Notes under the pieces: generated by a model
Told to the model about the DNA's origin: nothing
Seen by the model: only the letters and a program-made list of their open reading frames with translations
Database searches by the model: none
In this document: piece by piece, positions 24,376 to 35,197 of the stretch
How the letters are laid out: each line of letters opens with the position of its first letter
Numbering within the stretch: the first letter of the stretch is position 1
Position numbers and translations under genes: made by a program
Origin: Octopus sinensis
Lineage: Eukaryota
Direction: 5' to 3'
DNA: 64,000 nucleotides
NCBI RefSeq assembly: GCF_006345805.1
Contig: NC_043007.1
Location: 12,028,001 to 12,092,000, forward strand

Positions 24376-24490
24376 CATAAACGTCTGTCATGTTTATACA
24401 ACTTCACTGCAGACAGGAAGGAAAGGATCTTTCTCCCAACCCTCTTTTCCTGTCCACAGTGAAGTTACATAAACATGACAGACATTTATG
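24376..24490. other. Imperfect hairpin, about 50-bp arms and 13-nt loop
   Basis: TCTGTCATGTTTAT..AACTTCACTG..GACAGGAA pairs with TTCCTGTC..CAGTGAAGTT..ATAAACATGACAGA. Confidence 0.8.
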
Positions 24491-25065
24491 ACTGGTTAAT
24501 GTATCTAATAAATTTAATTAAGTTATAAATGCAATGATGGCTAAAATCCAAGGATTTACCCTCAAAGTTTAGTACGAAAAATAAACTGTAAACAAGACAG
24601 TAATTTTCTCCAATCTTTCTCTCATATATTCGATTGACATTATTCCTCATTTGGAAACTCCTGTATTCATTCAATCTTTTGGAATTCCAACTCTATTTGA
24701 TTCGTTTCAGGTTGACCAAGCTTTATGCATGCTAGCAAATTTATTCTTTGCTGCTCTTGTATATCACAACTATCATTCTGTTAGGACTGTGAATGAAAAT
24801 TCAGGATTCATGACTGATGATGCTTAACAATGCAGAAACACAGGTGTCCTATGATATTTTAAGATGTTATTCAAAGCCCAATGTGCTTTCACACATATTG
24901 TCCCCTGATATTATTCTCACATTTTAAGTGGACATGAACGTTCTAAATATCAGTATATCTCATAAGCTGCTTCTCATACATACATACATACATACATGCA
25001 AATGTATATATATATAAATAAATGAAAGAATGGAGTTGAACGACAAATTAACAAAATTCCTTTAT

Positions 25066-25146
25066 TCTCGACATATGTTTCGAAGGCTGCATATTCCTAA
25101 TTTCGAAGGAATAAGGGGTGCATTATGCTGCCTTCTCATCAGGAAA
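25066..25146 (-). ncRNA. Type I hammerhead ribozyme, intact core, long stem II
   Basis: TTTC-CTGATGA-GAAGGC...GCCTTC-GAAACATATGTC-GAGA; perfect 6-bp base of stem II; GUC cleavage triplet. Confidence 0.8.
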
Positions 25147-25295
25147 AACAAAGAACTTATGTCAGCATCAAGATGAATAAAAACTTTTAGCTGACTGCCC
25201 ACACGGAGCCCATAGCGATAAATGGGCTATGGACTCCGTGTGGGCAGTCATCTAAAAGTTTTTGTTCATCTTGATGCTGACATAAGTTCCTTGTC

Positions 25296-25376
25296 TTTCC
25301 TGATGAGAAGGCGGCATAATGCACCCCTTATTCCTTCGAAATTAGGAATATGCAGTCTTCGAAACATATGTCGAGA
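25296..25376 (+). ncRNA. Type I hammerhead ribozyme, intact core, long stem II
   Basis: TTTC-CTGATGA-GAAGGC...GTCTTC-GAAACATATGTC-GAGA; predicted cleavage after C25372. Confidence 0.8.
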
Positions 25377-25590
25377 ATAAAGGAATTTTGTTAAATCGTC
25401 GTTCAACTCCATTCTTTCATTTATTTGTATTAAAAAAAACACACAAATTTCCACACGAAAGCATGTGATCTCTGCCCTTGGCATGTAGCTTCAACCGTGT
25501 TTTTCTGACGTGAATTTGCTACCCAGGTATCAGTTAACCGAATTATCCATAATAAGATAATTCATTCAACTACTCAAATATATATATATA

Positions 25591-26410
25591 TTTTTTTTTT
25601 CTTGTTTCAGACAAGAGCTGCAGCCATGCTGATGCACCGCCGTTTTGTGCTACACTGTTATTACTAAGAGCCTCCTCTAATATGTGGCACTTGATGAAGA
25701 ATGGAGTTTGATAGAGCTACTCTCATTTGCACCTCTTGCCGTGAGGTAGGTTCATCTCGGACTCTTGACAGGAAGATGTCCAGCTTTGATTTAAAAACCA
25801 TTACATCTACTTTGTGCAAATTCCTCAGACTCTTTGGGAGAATAATAAAAAGCTGTGGGCCCTTGAAACCCAGGCTGTTGCAGTAGCTGGTCTTGAAGCG
25901 TGATGGCATTGCTGGGATCTTTGGCACTATGCAGTGTCATCCTGTTCTAGTATTGGTGTAGCTTTCAATGCCAAAATTTGGCACAATTCCTTCCAGGATC
26001 TTCCAGATGTATATTACTGCATACCTCTCCCGTCTTCTTTCCAGGGAGTAGAGTCTTAGCTGTTTCGACATTTCCCAGTAGCTGAGCTGTTGCAAAGAGA
26101 CGATCTTCTTTGTGAATCTTCTCTGGATTGCTTCAAGGTCCACTGTTAATTTCACACTGGTGGGTGACCATAGCTGTGAGCAGTAATCCAGGCAGCTGAG
26201 GACGAATGTCCACCAGAGGACCATCATGGTTTCCTTATCTCTGGTTCTGAATGTTCTTAGGATCCATCCAGCCAGTCATCTACACTTTGTCGCCATCCTG
26301 GTTATGTGCACTTGGAAAGAGGTATCATCATTCATGTCGATACCCAGGTCCCTCACAGACTTAGACTCTGGGATTGAAATTCCCTGTGGACCGGTGTACC
26401 CTGTAAGTTT
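25591..26410 (-). mobile_element. CR1/L2-group LINE, 5'-truncated (RT C-terminus, 3'UTR, poly(A))
   Basis: VRDLGI...LDYCSQLWSP...LEAIQRRFTK...YSLERRRER...VFKSKLDIFL, with one stop and a frameshift. Confidence 0.92.
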
Positions 26411-26433
26411 AATATATATATTATTTAATAACA

Positions 26434-26580
26434 TTAGCGGTTCAGCAAAAGGGACCGATAGAATAAGTACTAGGATTACAAAGAATAAGTCCTGGGCTTG
26501 ATTTGCTCAACTAAAGACAGTGCTCCAGCATGGCCACAGTCAAATGACTGAAACAAGTAAAAGAAAAGAATAAAAGAATA
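26434..26580 (+). mobile_element. SINE family A 3' part
   Basis: TTAGCGGTTCAGCAAAAGGGACCGATAG...GAAACAAGTAAAAG. Confidence 0.85.
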
Positions 26581-26600
26581 TATGTGCATGTGTATATTTA

Positions 26601-26741
26601 TTAGGTTGTCCCAAAAGTTCGTAAACACTTGCGAAAATTGAATTTTTACTCGCCAAGTACTAACAAAAACAACAAAAATTATTCCTCAAAATAAAGACCG
26701 TTATTTTCCAAGACTTTCTACGATCTTTTGGGACAACCTTA
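26601..26741. mobile_element. Mariner-type MITE
   Basis: TIR AGGTTGTCCCAAAAG(T/A)TCGTA at both ends, TA flanks. Confidence 0.85.
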
Positions 26742-26854
26742 TATATATATATATATATATACACATGCACACACACACACATATGTATGTATGTATGTGT
26801 GTATAAATATGTATATATGTGTGTGTCTGTGTATGTATGCATGTATATACATGA

Positions 26855-26906
<52 letters not shown>

Positions 26907-27021
26907 TGAATGTAGTGGCGGTTTTTTTGACTATTTATTAAAATTTTATGTATTAATTAAGTCTTTCCTTGTTTGTTTTGCAAAATAGTGGTTTTGTCTC
27001 GAATAATATTTTATATATATA

Positions 27022-27391
27022 CTAGCAGTATCGCCCGGCGTTGCTCGGGTTTGTAAGGGAAATAACTATAAAGCATTTTTAGAGAGTTATAGCCAAAAAA
27101 TAGCAAAAAAATGGGGAAAAAAATGATGGTAAAGTTTTTTTTGATAGTTAAAAAGGTCGAGTTGCGTCTGTGGTTTGTGTTTCTGATTCTCGACCCCATG
27201 TCGAATTTATCGATCTTTTTCAGAACTGGGGGAACTTTTCAAAATTTTCGCTGCGTTAGTTTTGAATTATGACATTGGGCTATGTGTGTGTCAAGTTTCA
27301 TCAGAATCGGTTGAAAGCTGTGGTCAGGGTGAGGGTACAACCAAACAGACACACAGAAACACACACAGACAAACTGCCGTTTATATAGAGA
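27022..27391 (-). mobile_element. Non-autonomous Helitron, mosaic variant
   Basis: Same 3' ~100 bp as the other copies but a different body and 5' end (TCTCTATATAAACGG). Confidence 0.88.
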
Positions 27392-27612
27392 TATATATAT
27401 ATATGGGACCAACTATCATAATGTGTGCCAGCAAATCCTATGCAACAAGATTATATATAACCTTTCTCCACCACCTTATCTGCCTACTTGTCAAACCACC
27501 ATAATCAACTGTTTGGCTAGCTTACTATCTATGCTCTGCATAAGTTAAATAGCTGGGCCTTTGTCTCCACATTCCATTTGGTGACTAACCCCATATTTTT
27601 ATCTATGAACAG

Positions 27613-27746
27613 GTGTAGGCCCATTCATATTGACAAGTGTCATATCTAACAAAGTGATCAGATCAATCCAGCGGAAGTTAGAACTTTTGTCTGTTACCTA
27701 TGCTTCAAACCACGCAGACCTACAGCTGGACAGAATAGACATCTGA
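27613..27746 (+). CDS. Candidate terminal exon (VGPFILTSVISNKVIRSIQRKLELLSVTYASNHADLQLDRIDI*)
   Basis: TTTTTATCTATGAACAG acceptor and 43 open codons; no homology recognised. Confidence 0.15.
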
Positions 27747-27860
27747 GAGGTCATAGGTGGAATGTCTGAAATGCCATTGAGAACAAGGAAGCTCAGAGAA
27801 GCAATAATCTTCTGTGAAGATGAAACAATCACTTATGTCTGTATGTGTGTGTGTGTGTGT

Positions 27861-27891
<31 letters not shown>

Positions 27892-27902
27892 GAAATATAT
27901 GT

Positions 27903-28165
27903 AAAAAAATTAATAAATGCACCCTTTTAAAGCCTAGCCAGGCTCATGGGCCCGGTTTCCTGGTTTCTATGGCATATGTGTTCCCCAGCTGGATGGGATG
28001 CCAGTCCATTGCAGCGTTACTCCTTTTTACCAGCTGAGTGGACTGGAGCAACATGAAATGAAGTGTTTTGCTCAAGAACACAACACGTCGCCCGGTCCAG
28101 GAATTGAAACCACAATCTTACGATCATAGTGCTGACACCCTAACCACTAAGCCATGCGCCTCCAC
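27903..28165 (-). mobile_element. V-domain-type tRNA SINE with TSD
   Basis: GTGGAGGCGCATGGCTTAGTGGTTAGGG head, V-like ATGGACTGGCATCCCATCCAG; TSD GGAAATATATGT at 27891-27902 and 28166-28177. Confidence 0.88.
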
Positions 28166-28177
28166 GGAAATATATGT

Positions 28178-28622
28178 CATCATCATCATCATCATCATCA
28201 TCATTTAACGTCCGCTTTCCATGCTAGCATGGGTTGGACGGTTCAACTGGGGTCTGGGGAGCCCGAAAGCTGCACCAGTCCAGTCAGATCTGGCAGTGTT
28301 TCTACAGCTGGATGCCCTTCCTAACGCCAACCACTCCGAGAGTGTAGTGGGTGAATTTATGTGCCACCGACACAGGTGCCAGACGAGGCTGGCAAACGGC
28401 CACGCTCGGATGGTGTTTTTTTATGTGCCACCGACACAGGTGCCAGACGAGGCTGGCAGATGGCCACGCTCGGATGGTGTTTTTATGTGCCACCGACACA
28501 GGTGCCAGATGAGGCTGGCAAACGGCCACGATCGGATGGTGTTTGTTACGTGCCCACAGCACGGAGGCCAGTCGATGCGGTACTGGCTACGGCCACGTTC
28601 GGATGGTTTTCTTGTGTGCCAC
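28178..28622 (-). mobile_element. RTE LINE 3' end with 62-64-bp 3'UTR minisatellite
   Basis: GTGCCACCGACACAGG at 28361, 28425 and 28487; (CAT)n tail. Confidence 0.82.
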
Positions 28623-29700
28623 ATGGAAAATATATCTAATTCAATTTCTCTTGTTAACCAGTATAAATTGCTCAATTCTGTAATTTTGTAGATTATCACT
28701 CAGAAGGAATGAATGAAGAATACACAAAAACTCAAAAAACAGAAATGTAGGATTTTAATATCTATTTGTGGTCGCCAAAAAAAAAAAAAATAGAAAAAGA
28801 AAAAATTCAATTTCTATAATATTAATCCTGAACCGAAAATTGTAACAAAGTATTTAAAAAGGAAGAAATATCAGATTGAAATTTGAGGTTTTAAATAAAT
28901 TTATCACTTCAACTGAAATGAAATATAATTAGAACTATTGTTGAAAAACCTTGATAAGGAAGCACTTTGTTGGGTTTGTCACATCCTAGAAGTAACGAAG
29001 CAGTCATTAGTTGGTATTGTGGCTAAAGTGCAATGTGGCTGCAAAGCGGCATTGTTAAAGGAGGGACACCAATGAAAACTCTTTGTCTCCTTATCACTCT
29101 ACCTTATCATTCAAATGCAGGATTTATCATTCACTGCTACCATCACCTATCACTTTCTCTCTCTCTCTCTATCCTTCCATGTCCCACTCTCTTTGTTTCT
29201 TCCTCTCTCTCTCTGCCCATTATTCTCTCTCCCTTTACTACCTCTTCCTCACATTATCACCACTTTCACTCTCTCTCTTTCTTTCTTTCTTTCTCACTTT
29301 CTCGTTTTCTTTCTCTCTCTTTTCTCCCTATTGTATCGTTTTTCTATTTACCCTCTTTACCAGCAACCCTCATGTAGCTGCCTATCACTGTTACTTTTCT
29401 ATTACTACTCTTCTATCACACTACCACTCCTGTTCCTTCATTTCCATCACCATAATCACTCTTCTATTACTCACTTTACCTAATCCTCTCCCCCCCCCTC
29501 TCTCTCTCTCTCTCTTCACCACTTTTTCTTCTATTCACCATCTTGGTCAGGTTGCAACGAATAAATGAATGGAGACAACTTAGAGTCGAAAGGACTCTTT
29601 AATCTCAATGGAAACTAGGAACTCTCTTTGATGCTGGTACCACCTTAGCTGGCTAAACTTTCCCTCTATTTCTATACATACTGATCACTTCAATCTCCAG

Positions 29701-29827
29701 CTGTGTATCCTATTAAATGCATTTACACCGCTGAAGGGAAAACTTCTTCATATACATGTTATGTTAAAAACACTATATATCAGAATGAGTTGAACATTGT
29801 CTTAGCAGTGATACATGAAAACAACAG
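29701..29827 (+). CDS. Candidate internal exon (VYPIKCIYTAEGKTSSYTCYVKNTIYQNELNIVLAVIHENN)
   Basis: TCTCCAG acceptor, CAG|GTGTGT donor, 41 open codons with an Ig-F-strand-like YTCxVxN. Confidence 0.2.
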
Positions 29828-29999
29828 GTGTGTTTCACCCTACCTGGGACTTCTCAATACCATGCACCTGCTTGTCACTTGCCAAGATGAAATTCACGCT
29901 CCAATACACAGGAAAGGAAACAGTAAATAATACATTTCCTGGATAGCTTACCAGACTGTAAAAATCAGATGCACAGCAATGTATTGACTGCAATATATA

Positions 30000-30393
30000 T
30001 AGGTGCAGGAGTGGCTGCGTGGTAAGTAGCTTGCTTACCAACCACATGGTTCCGGGTTCAGTCCCATTGCGTGGCACCTTGGGCAAGTGTCTTCTACTAT
30101 AGCCTTGGGCCTTGTGAGTGGATTTGGTAGATGGAAATTGAAAGAAGCCCATCGTATATGTATATATATATGTGTGTGTGTGTTTGTATGTCTGTGTTTG
30201 TCCCTCCAACATTGCTTGACAACCGATGCTGGTGTGTTTATGTCCCCGTAACTTTGCGGTTCGGCAAAAGAGACTGATAGAATAAGTACTAGGCTTACAA
30301 AGAATAAGTCCTGGGGTCAATTTGCTTGACTAAAGGCGGTGCTCCAGCATGGCTGCAGTCAATTGACTGAAACAAGTAAAAGAGAGAGTAAAA
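30000..30393 (+). mobile_element. SINE family A
   Basis: Head, core and tail align with 3194-3586. Confidence 0.92.
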
Positions 30394-30774
30394 AGTAACC
30401 ATTGGGAGAAAGCCACCTGTATGCAGAGTTCTTGCTAGCAACTTCTATTTACTTACACCAACAACCATTACATTCACTCCATTGCCACAGGGCTTCCCAT
30501 TTCTCTGAACAAAATGGTTTGGATGGTGAGGCAGTTGACACTTTCCCCCCACACTAGGTACCAAATGGTGTACAAGTGTACAATGAGTAAGGTTGACAGT
30601 GGGGCCACCCTACAGTAACAGCTCACCTGCTGTTTGATGCCCAACCATTGTCTGATGGTACAGATCTTTCACTTGGCTGCAATAACCTTCAAGCCATTAA
30701 TCTAAGTCTTCTCCACCCTGCCGGTTATCTAATGTTCTGTTGTTGACTTCACCGCATTTTCATGCATATCCGAA

Positions 30775-31062
30775 CATGGCAGATGCCAGCGTCGCCTGAC
30801 TGACGTCCGTGTCGGTGACACGTAAAAGCACCAACTGATCCTGACTGCTTGCCAGCCTCCCCTGGCACCTGTGCCGGTAGCACTTAAACAGCACCCACTA
30901 CACTCACGGAGTGGTTGGCTTTAGGAAGAGCATCCAGCTGTAGAAACACTGCTAGATCAGACTGGAGCCTGGTGCAGCCTCCTGGCCTTCCAGACCCCCA
31001 GTCAAACCATCCAACACATGCTAGCATGGAAAACGGATGCTAAACGATGATGATGATGACGA
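30775..31062 (+). mobile_element. RTE LINE 3' end
   Basis: Same motifs as 20320-20872, with (GAT)n tail. Confidence 0.8.
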
Positions 31063-31199
31063 TCAACTTCGTTTCTTCATATGTTTCGCTGATAAACATT
31101 ACAATTTATGTTTATAAAAATTACTTCTGAGGATTATTCCATCTCTTCCTAAAACTCCACTGAAAGAAATCTTTGTAGAACGGTGATTACAATACTAGT

Positions 31200-31420
31200 A
31201 CTAATTATTGGTTTCAAATTCTTGCACAAAGCCAGTAATTTTGAGGGGGAGGGGGTAAAGTTGATTGCATTAACTTCTGTACTCGACTGCAACCCCCAAA
31301 AGGATGAAACACTTAGTCAATCTTGGTAGAATTTGAACTCAGAACATTGCAGATGAAATGCCACCAAGCATCTTTGCTCATCATACTGATGACTCTGCCA
31401 GCTTGCCACCTGAATGCTAG
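31200..31420 (-). mobile_element. SINE family C, diverged
   Basis: CCCCAAAAGGATGAAA...AATTTGAACTCAGAAC...GACTCTGCCAGCTTGCC. Confidence 0.65.
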
Positions 31421-31578
31421 CACTAATTATTGAATACCTACTTCTTTTAGTATTTTATTGCAGTCTAAGGTGGAAAGCTTGCAGAATCATTAGCTATATA
31501 TTTAAGAGATGAGGAATTATGTACATTATTTACATTATTTACAATTGACGGATATTTGTCCTCATCTTGTTTGTTGTC

Positions 31579-31624
31579 AACACAACATTTTGGCTGATAT
31601 ACCCTCCAGCCTTCATCAGGTATC
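31579..31624 (-). ncRNA. Type I hammerhead motif, CpG-decayed
   Basis: GATAC-CTGATGA-A-GGCTG(GAGGGTATAT)CAGCC-AAAATGTT-GTGTT; GAAACG changed to AAAATG, both changes at CpG sites. Confidence 0.65.
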
Positions 31625-31691
31625 TTGGGGAAATTTTGAATCTCGTTCTCATTCCTAAGATACTCTTCAATGTTGTTATAATTATTATTTA

Positions 31692-31762
31692 GGTCACTGC
31701 CTGGAATCGAACTCGGAATCTTTGGTTTAGTAGTCCATGCTCTTAACCACTACACCATATGC
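31692..31762 (-). promoter_or_regulatory. tRNA-like Pol III promoter cassette (A box and B box)
   Basis: GCATATGGTGTAGTGGTTAAGAGC (A box) ... CTACTAA anticodon-like loop ... GAGTTCGATTCC (B box); acceptor stem not intact. Confidence 0.75.
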
Positions 31763-31984
31763 TTGAGGGCAATTATGGAGTGAATTTTAGGGCTTATAAA
31801 TCTAATATTCTCCTATCCTTCCTTAATACCGGTTCCCATATGCTGTTCATATCTGCACTCGGTCTGCTTAGGAGGTTGTTATGTCCTAGCATATTTGCTG
31901 CTTCTTTTAGTTCTCATATTTTCCAGTGGTGTTCTCTGTCTATTATTTTAACTTCATACCATAGGTAAAGCTGATCATGTATGG

Positions 31985-32245
31985 AAAAATGGACAACTTT
32001 GCCTTTCATACTTTCAGGGTCAATGAAATAAGTAACAAAGCTTGCAGAATCATTAGCATGCTGGACGAAATGCTTAGCAGTATTTCGTCCACAACAGTAT
32101 TTCATCTATCTGAGTTCAAAGTTTGACATGGACAACTTTGCCTTTCATACTTTCAGGGTCAATGACATTAGTACCAGTTGAACACTGGGGTTGATGTAAT
32201 CGACTGACCCCCTTTTCAGGCCTTGTGCCCATAGTAAAAAGGATT
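31985..32245 (+). mobile_element. Rearranged SINE family C fragments
   Basis: ATGGACAACTTTGCCTTTCATACTTTCAGGGTCAATGA occurs twice. Confidence 0.65.
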
Positions 32246-32390
32246 ATTTTATCAGTCTTAATTGTTCTCTTTTAAATGAACTCATCTGTTATATGGTCAT
32301 CTAGTATACAAGAAATGGCAGGGATGATTTAGGCCTCAAAATTAATTTCTTTTTCCAACAAAATTGTAATCTTTTTTATTATTTATTTAT

Positions 32391-32693
32391 GCGCCCTTTT
32401 CAAGCCTAGCCAGGCTCATGGGCCCAGTTTCCTGGTTTCTGTGGCGTATGTGTTCTCCCCGGCTGGATGGGACGCCAGTCCATCACAGTGTTACTCAAGA
32501 AACAGGAAGAAAGAGTGAGAGAAAGTTGGCGCGAAAGAGTACAACAGAGGTCGCCACCACCCCCTGCTGGAGCCTCGTGGAGCTTTTAGGTGTTTTCGCT
32601 CAATAAACACACACAATACCCAGTCTGGGAATCGAAACTGCGATCCTCCGACCGTGGGCCTGCTGCCCTAACCACTGGGCCATTGCGCCTCCA
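32391..32693 (-). mobile_element. Chimeric SINE: family B head and body with V-type 3' part
   Basis: About 32498-32693 matches 7374-7570; 32391-32497 matches 27919-28020. Confidence 0.8.
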
Positions 32694-32721
32694 CAACTGT
32701 AATCTACATCACCAAAATGTA

Positions 32722-33142
32722 TACTCTCTTTTACTCTTTTACTTGTTTCAGTCATTTGACTGCGGCCATGCTGGAGCACCGCCTTTAATCGAGCATCTCG
32801 ACCCCGGGACTTATTCTTTTGTAAGCCCAGTACTTATTCTATCAGTCTCTTTTGCCGAACCGCTAAGTAACGGGGACATAAACACACCAGCATTGGTTGT
32901 CAAGCAATGCTAGGGGGACAAACACAGACACACGAACACACACACACACATATATATATACATATATATACATATATACGACAGGCTTCTTTCAGTTTCC
33001 GTCTACCAAATCCACTCTCAAGGCTTTGGTCGGCCCGAGGCTATAGTAGAAGACACTTGCCCAAGGTGCCATGCAGTGGGACTGAACCCGGAACCATGTG
33101 GTTGGTAAACAAGCTACTTACCACACAGCCACTCCTGCGCCT
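32722..33142 (-). mobile_element. SINE family A
   Basis: Reverse complement of 3194-3586. Confidence 0.92.
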
Positions 33143-33599
33143 ATATACATGTATGAGGAAAGAAAGTCAAGATGTGTGAAACACCTGAACCCACACACAC
33201 ACACACATACCTGCCCTACACTATTTTTTCACAACAAAATTCCAATATATTCATAAAGTACACCATCTGAAATGTATTTGCAGAAAATTTCATTAAAAAC
33301 TATCCAATTTCCAGAAAGTTATGAGGAGACAAAATCCTGAGGGGGAACATTCCTGTAGTTATGCTCTAAATTTATTTACCGAGTGAGTGAGTACTATTAG
33401 ACAAATAAAGTATACAAAGGAAAATTAGACATAACATAGCAGAAAAATTACACGAATTGGGAATCAACTGTGCAAATATCATTTAGCAACCAGCAGAAAA
33501 CCGCACAGAGAGCGGTCTTTCTGCTAGCAGAGATAAAAACAGGAAAACATACTCCATCTTCTGAGTTATTTTCCATCATTATTAATATACATGTATGTA

Positions 33600-33665
33600 T
33601 ACTCACACACACAGAGACATATGCATAAGAACGTGTGTATATATATATATATATTCATATATATG

Positions 33666-33706
<41 letters not shown>

Positions 33707-33765
33707 TATATATCCTCGTCATCATCATCAAAACGGATGCTAAATGATGATGATGATGATGATGA

Positions 33766-33810
<45 letters not shown>

Positions 33811-34131
33811 CATATATATGAATATGTATATCGTCATCGTCATCATTATCGTTTAACTTTCATGTTCCATGCTGGCATGGGCTGGACAATTTTACATACA
33901 TACGTATATGTATTGATATAAACACATGTATTTACATATGCACACACACACACACATATATACATTTATATAATATATATATATATAATATATATATATG
34001 TATATATATGTATATATGTATATGATGATGAGGATTATATATATGTGTATGTATATATATATATATATTTACATATATATATATATTTATATATATATAT
34101 TTACATATATATATATTTACATATATATATT

Positions 34132-34220
<89 letters not shown>

Positions 34221-34221
34221 T

Positions 34222-34258
<37 letters not shown>

Positions 34259-34385
34259 ATATATATATGCATGGATGTTTGTATGTATGTACATATATAT
34301 TTATATATATGTACATACACACACACACACACACACATACATACAAACATTCACGTTACACACACACACCACACACACATATACG
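33600..34385. repeat. (TA)n/(TTTACATATA)n/(CA)n compound tract with short RTE-tail remnants
   Basis: Direct reading; RTE-tail remnants at about 33715-33770 and 33830-33890. Confidence 0.9.
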
Positions 34386-34810
34386 CAATCCAGTCTCACC
34401 TGTTAACCGGTACAAACCACTCACTTTCTATGAATCCGTTGATTATCATCATTGAGAGCTGGAATGACTGAAGAATACTCAAGAGTAACAGTTTTAATAT
34501 ACATGTTTGCAGAATAAATTTAATTTCTATAATATCATTCCAAAACCAAACTACTAACAAAGTATTAATATTAGGAAGAGATATTAGATTAAGTTTTAAG
34601 GCTTTTAATAAATTTAATTATCTCTTCAACCGAAATATAATTGAAAATATTGTAGCAATCTTGTTAAGGATGTACTTTGTCGTCGATTTTGTCACTGTAT
34701 GACATAGGTGGGTGTGGTGACTTAGTCTTTCATTAAAATTGCGATTAAAGTGGTATATTCAACCACACCGCCTTCATCCTCTTTTGTTATTCATTACATC
34801 CATCTCTAGT

Positions 34811-35197
34811 GGAGGCGCAATGGCCCAGTGGTTAGGGCAGCGGACTCGCGGTCATAGGATCGCGGTTTCGATTCCCAGACCAGGCGTTGTGAGTGTTTAT
34901 TGAGCGAAAACACCTAAAGCTCCACAAGGCTCCGGCAGGGGATGGTGGTGATCCCTGCAGTACTCTTTCACCACAACTTTCTCTCACTCTTACTTCCTGT
35001 TTCTGTTGTACCTTGTATTTCAAAGGGCCGGCCTTGTCACTCTCTGTGTCACGCTGAATATCCCCGAGAACTACGTTAAGGGTACACGTGTCTGTGGAGT
35101 GCTCAGCCACTTACACGTTAATTTCACGAGCAGGCTGTTCCGTTTATTCGGATCAACCGGAACCCTCATCGTCGTAACCGACGGAGTGCTTTCATCC
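34811..35197 (+). mobile_element. SINE family B with TSD
   Basis: TSD ACATCCATCTCTAGT at 34796-34810 and 35198-35212. Confidence 0.95.

Larger units (their letters stand above)
25012..25430. repeat. Long palindrome (about 205-bp arms, 9-bp spacer) of PLE-like sequence
   Basis: 25012-25216 is the reverse complement of 25226-25430 with few substitutions. Confidence 0.95.
31497..31985 (-). mobile_element. Penelope-like element 3' end: GIY-YIG C-terminal remnant, tRNA-like cassette, hammerhead
   Basis: 31964-31794 encodes LWYEVKIIDREHHWKI*ELKEAANMLGHNNLLSRPSADMNSIWEPVLRKDRRILDL*; tRNA-like segment 31762-31692; HHR 31624-31579. Confidence 0.8.

Noticed and set aside
27715-27746. DLQLDRI resemblance to beta-tubulin DLQLERI
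   Set aside because: Flanking residues do not match tubulin; a short chance match.
33492-33527. Hairpin followed by CTAG (Helitron-like 3' end)
   Set aside because: Followed by C rather than T, and no convincing 5' TC terminus was found.
34468-34492. CTGAAGA-ATACTC-AA-GAGTA hammerhead-like start
   Set aside because: GAAA and stems I/III are missing; at most a heavily deleted relic.
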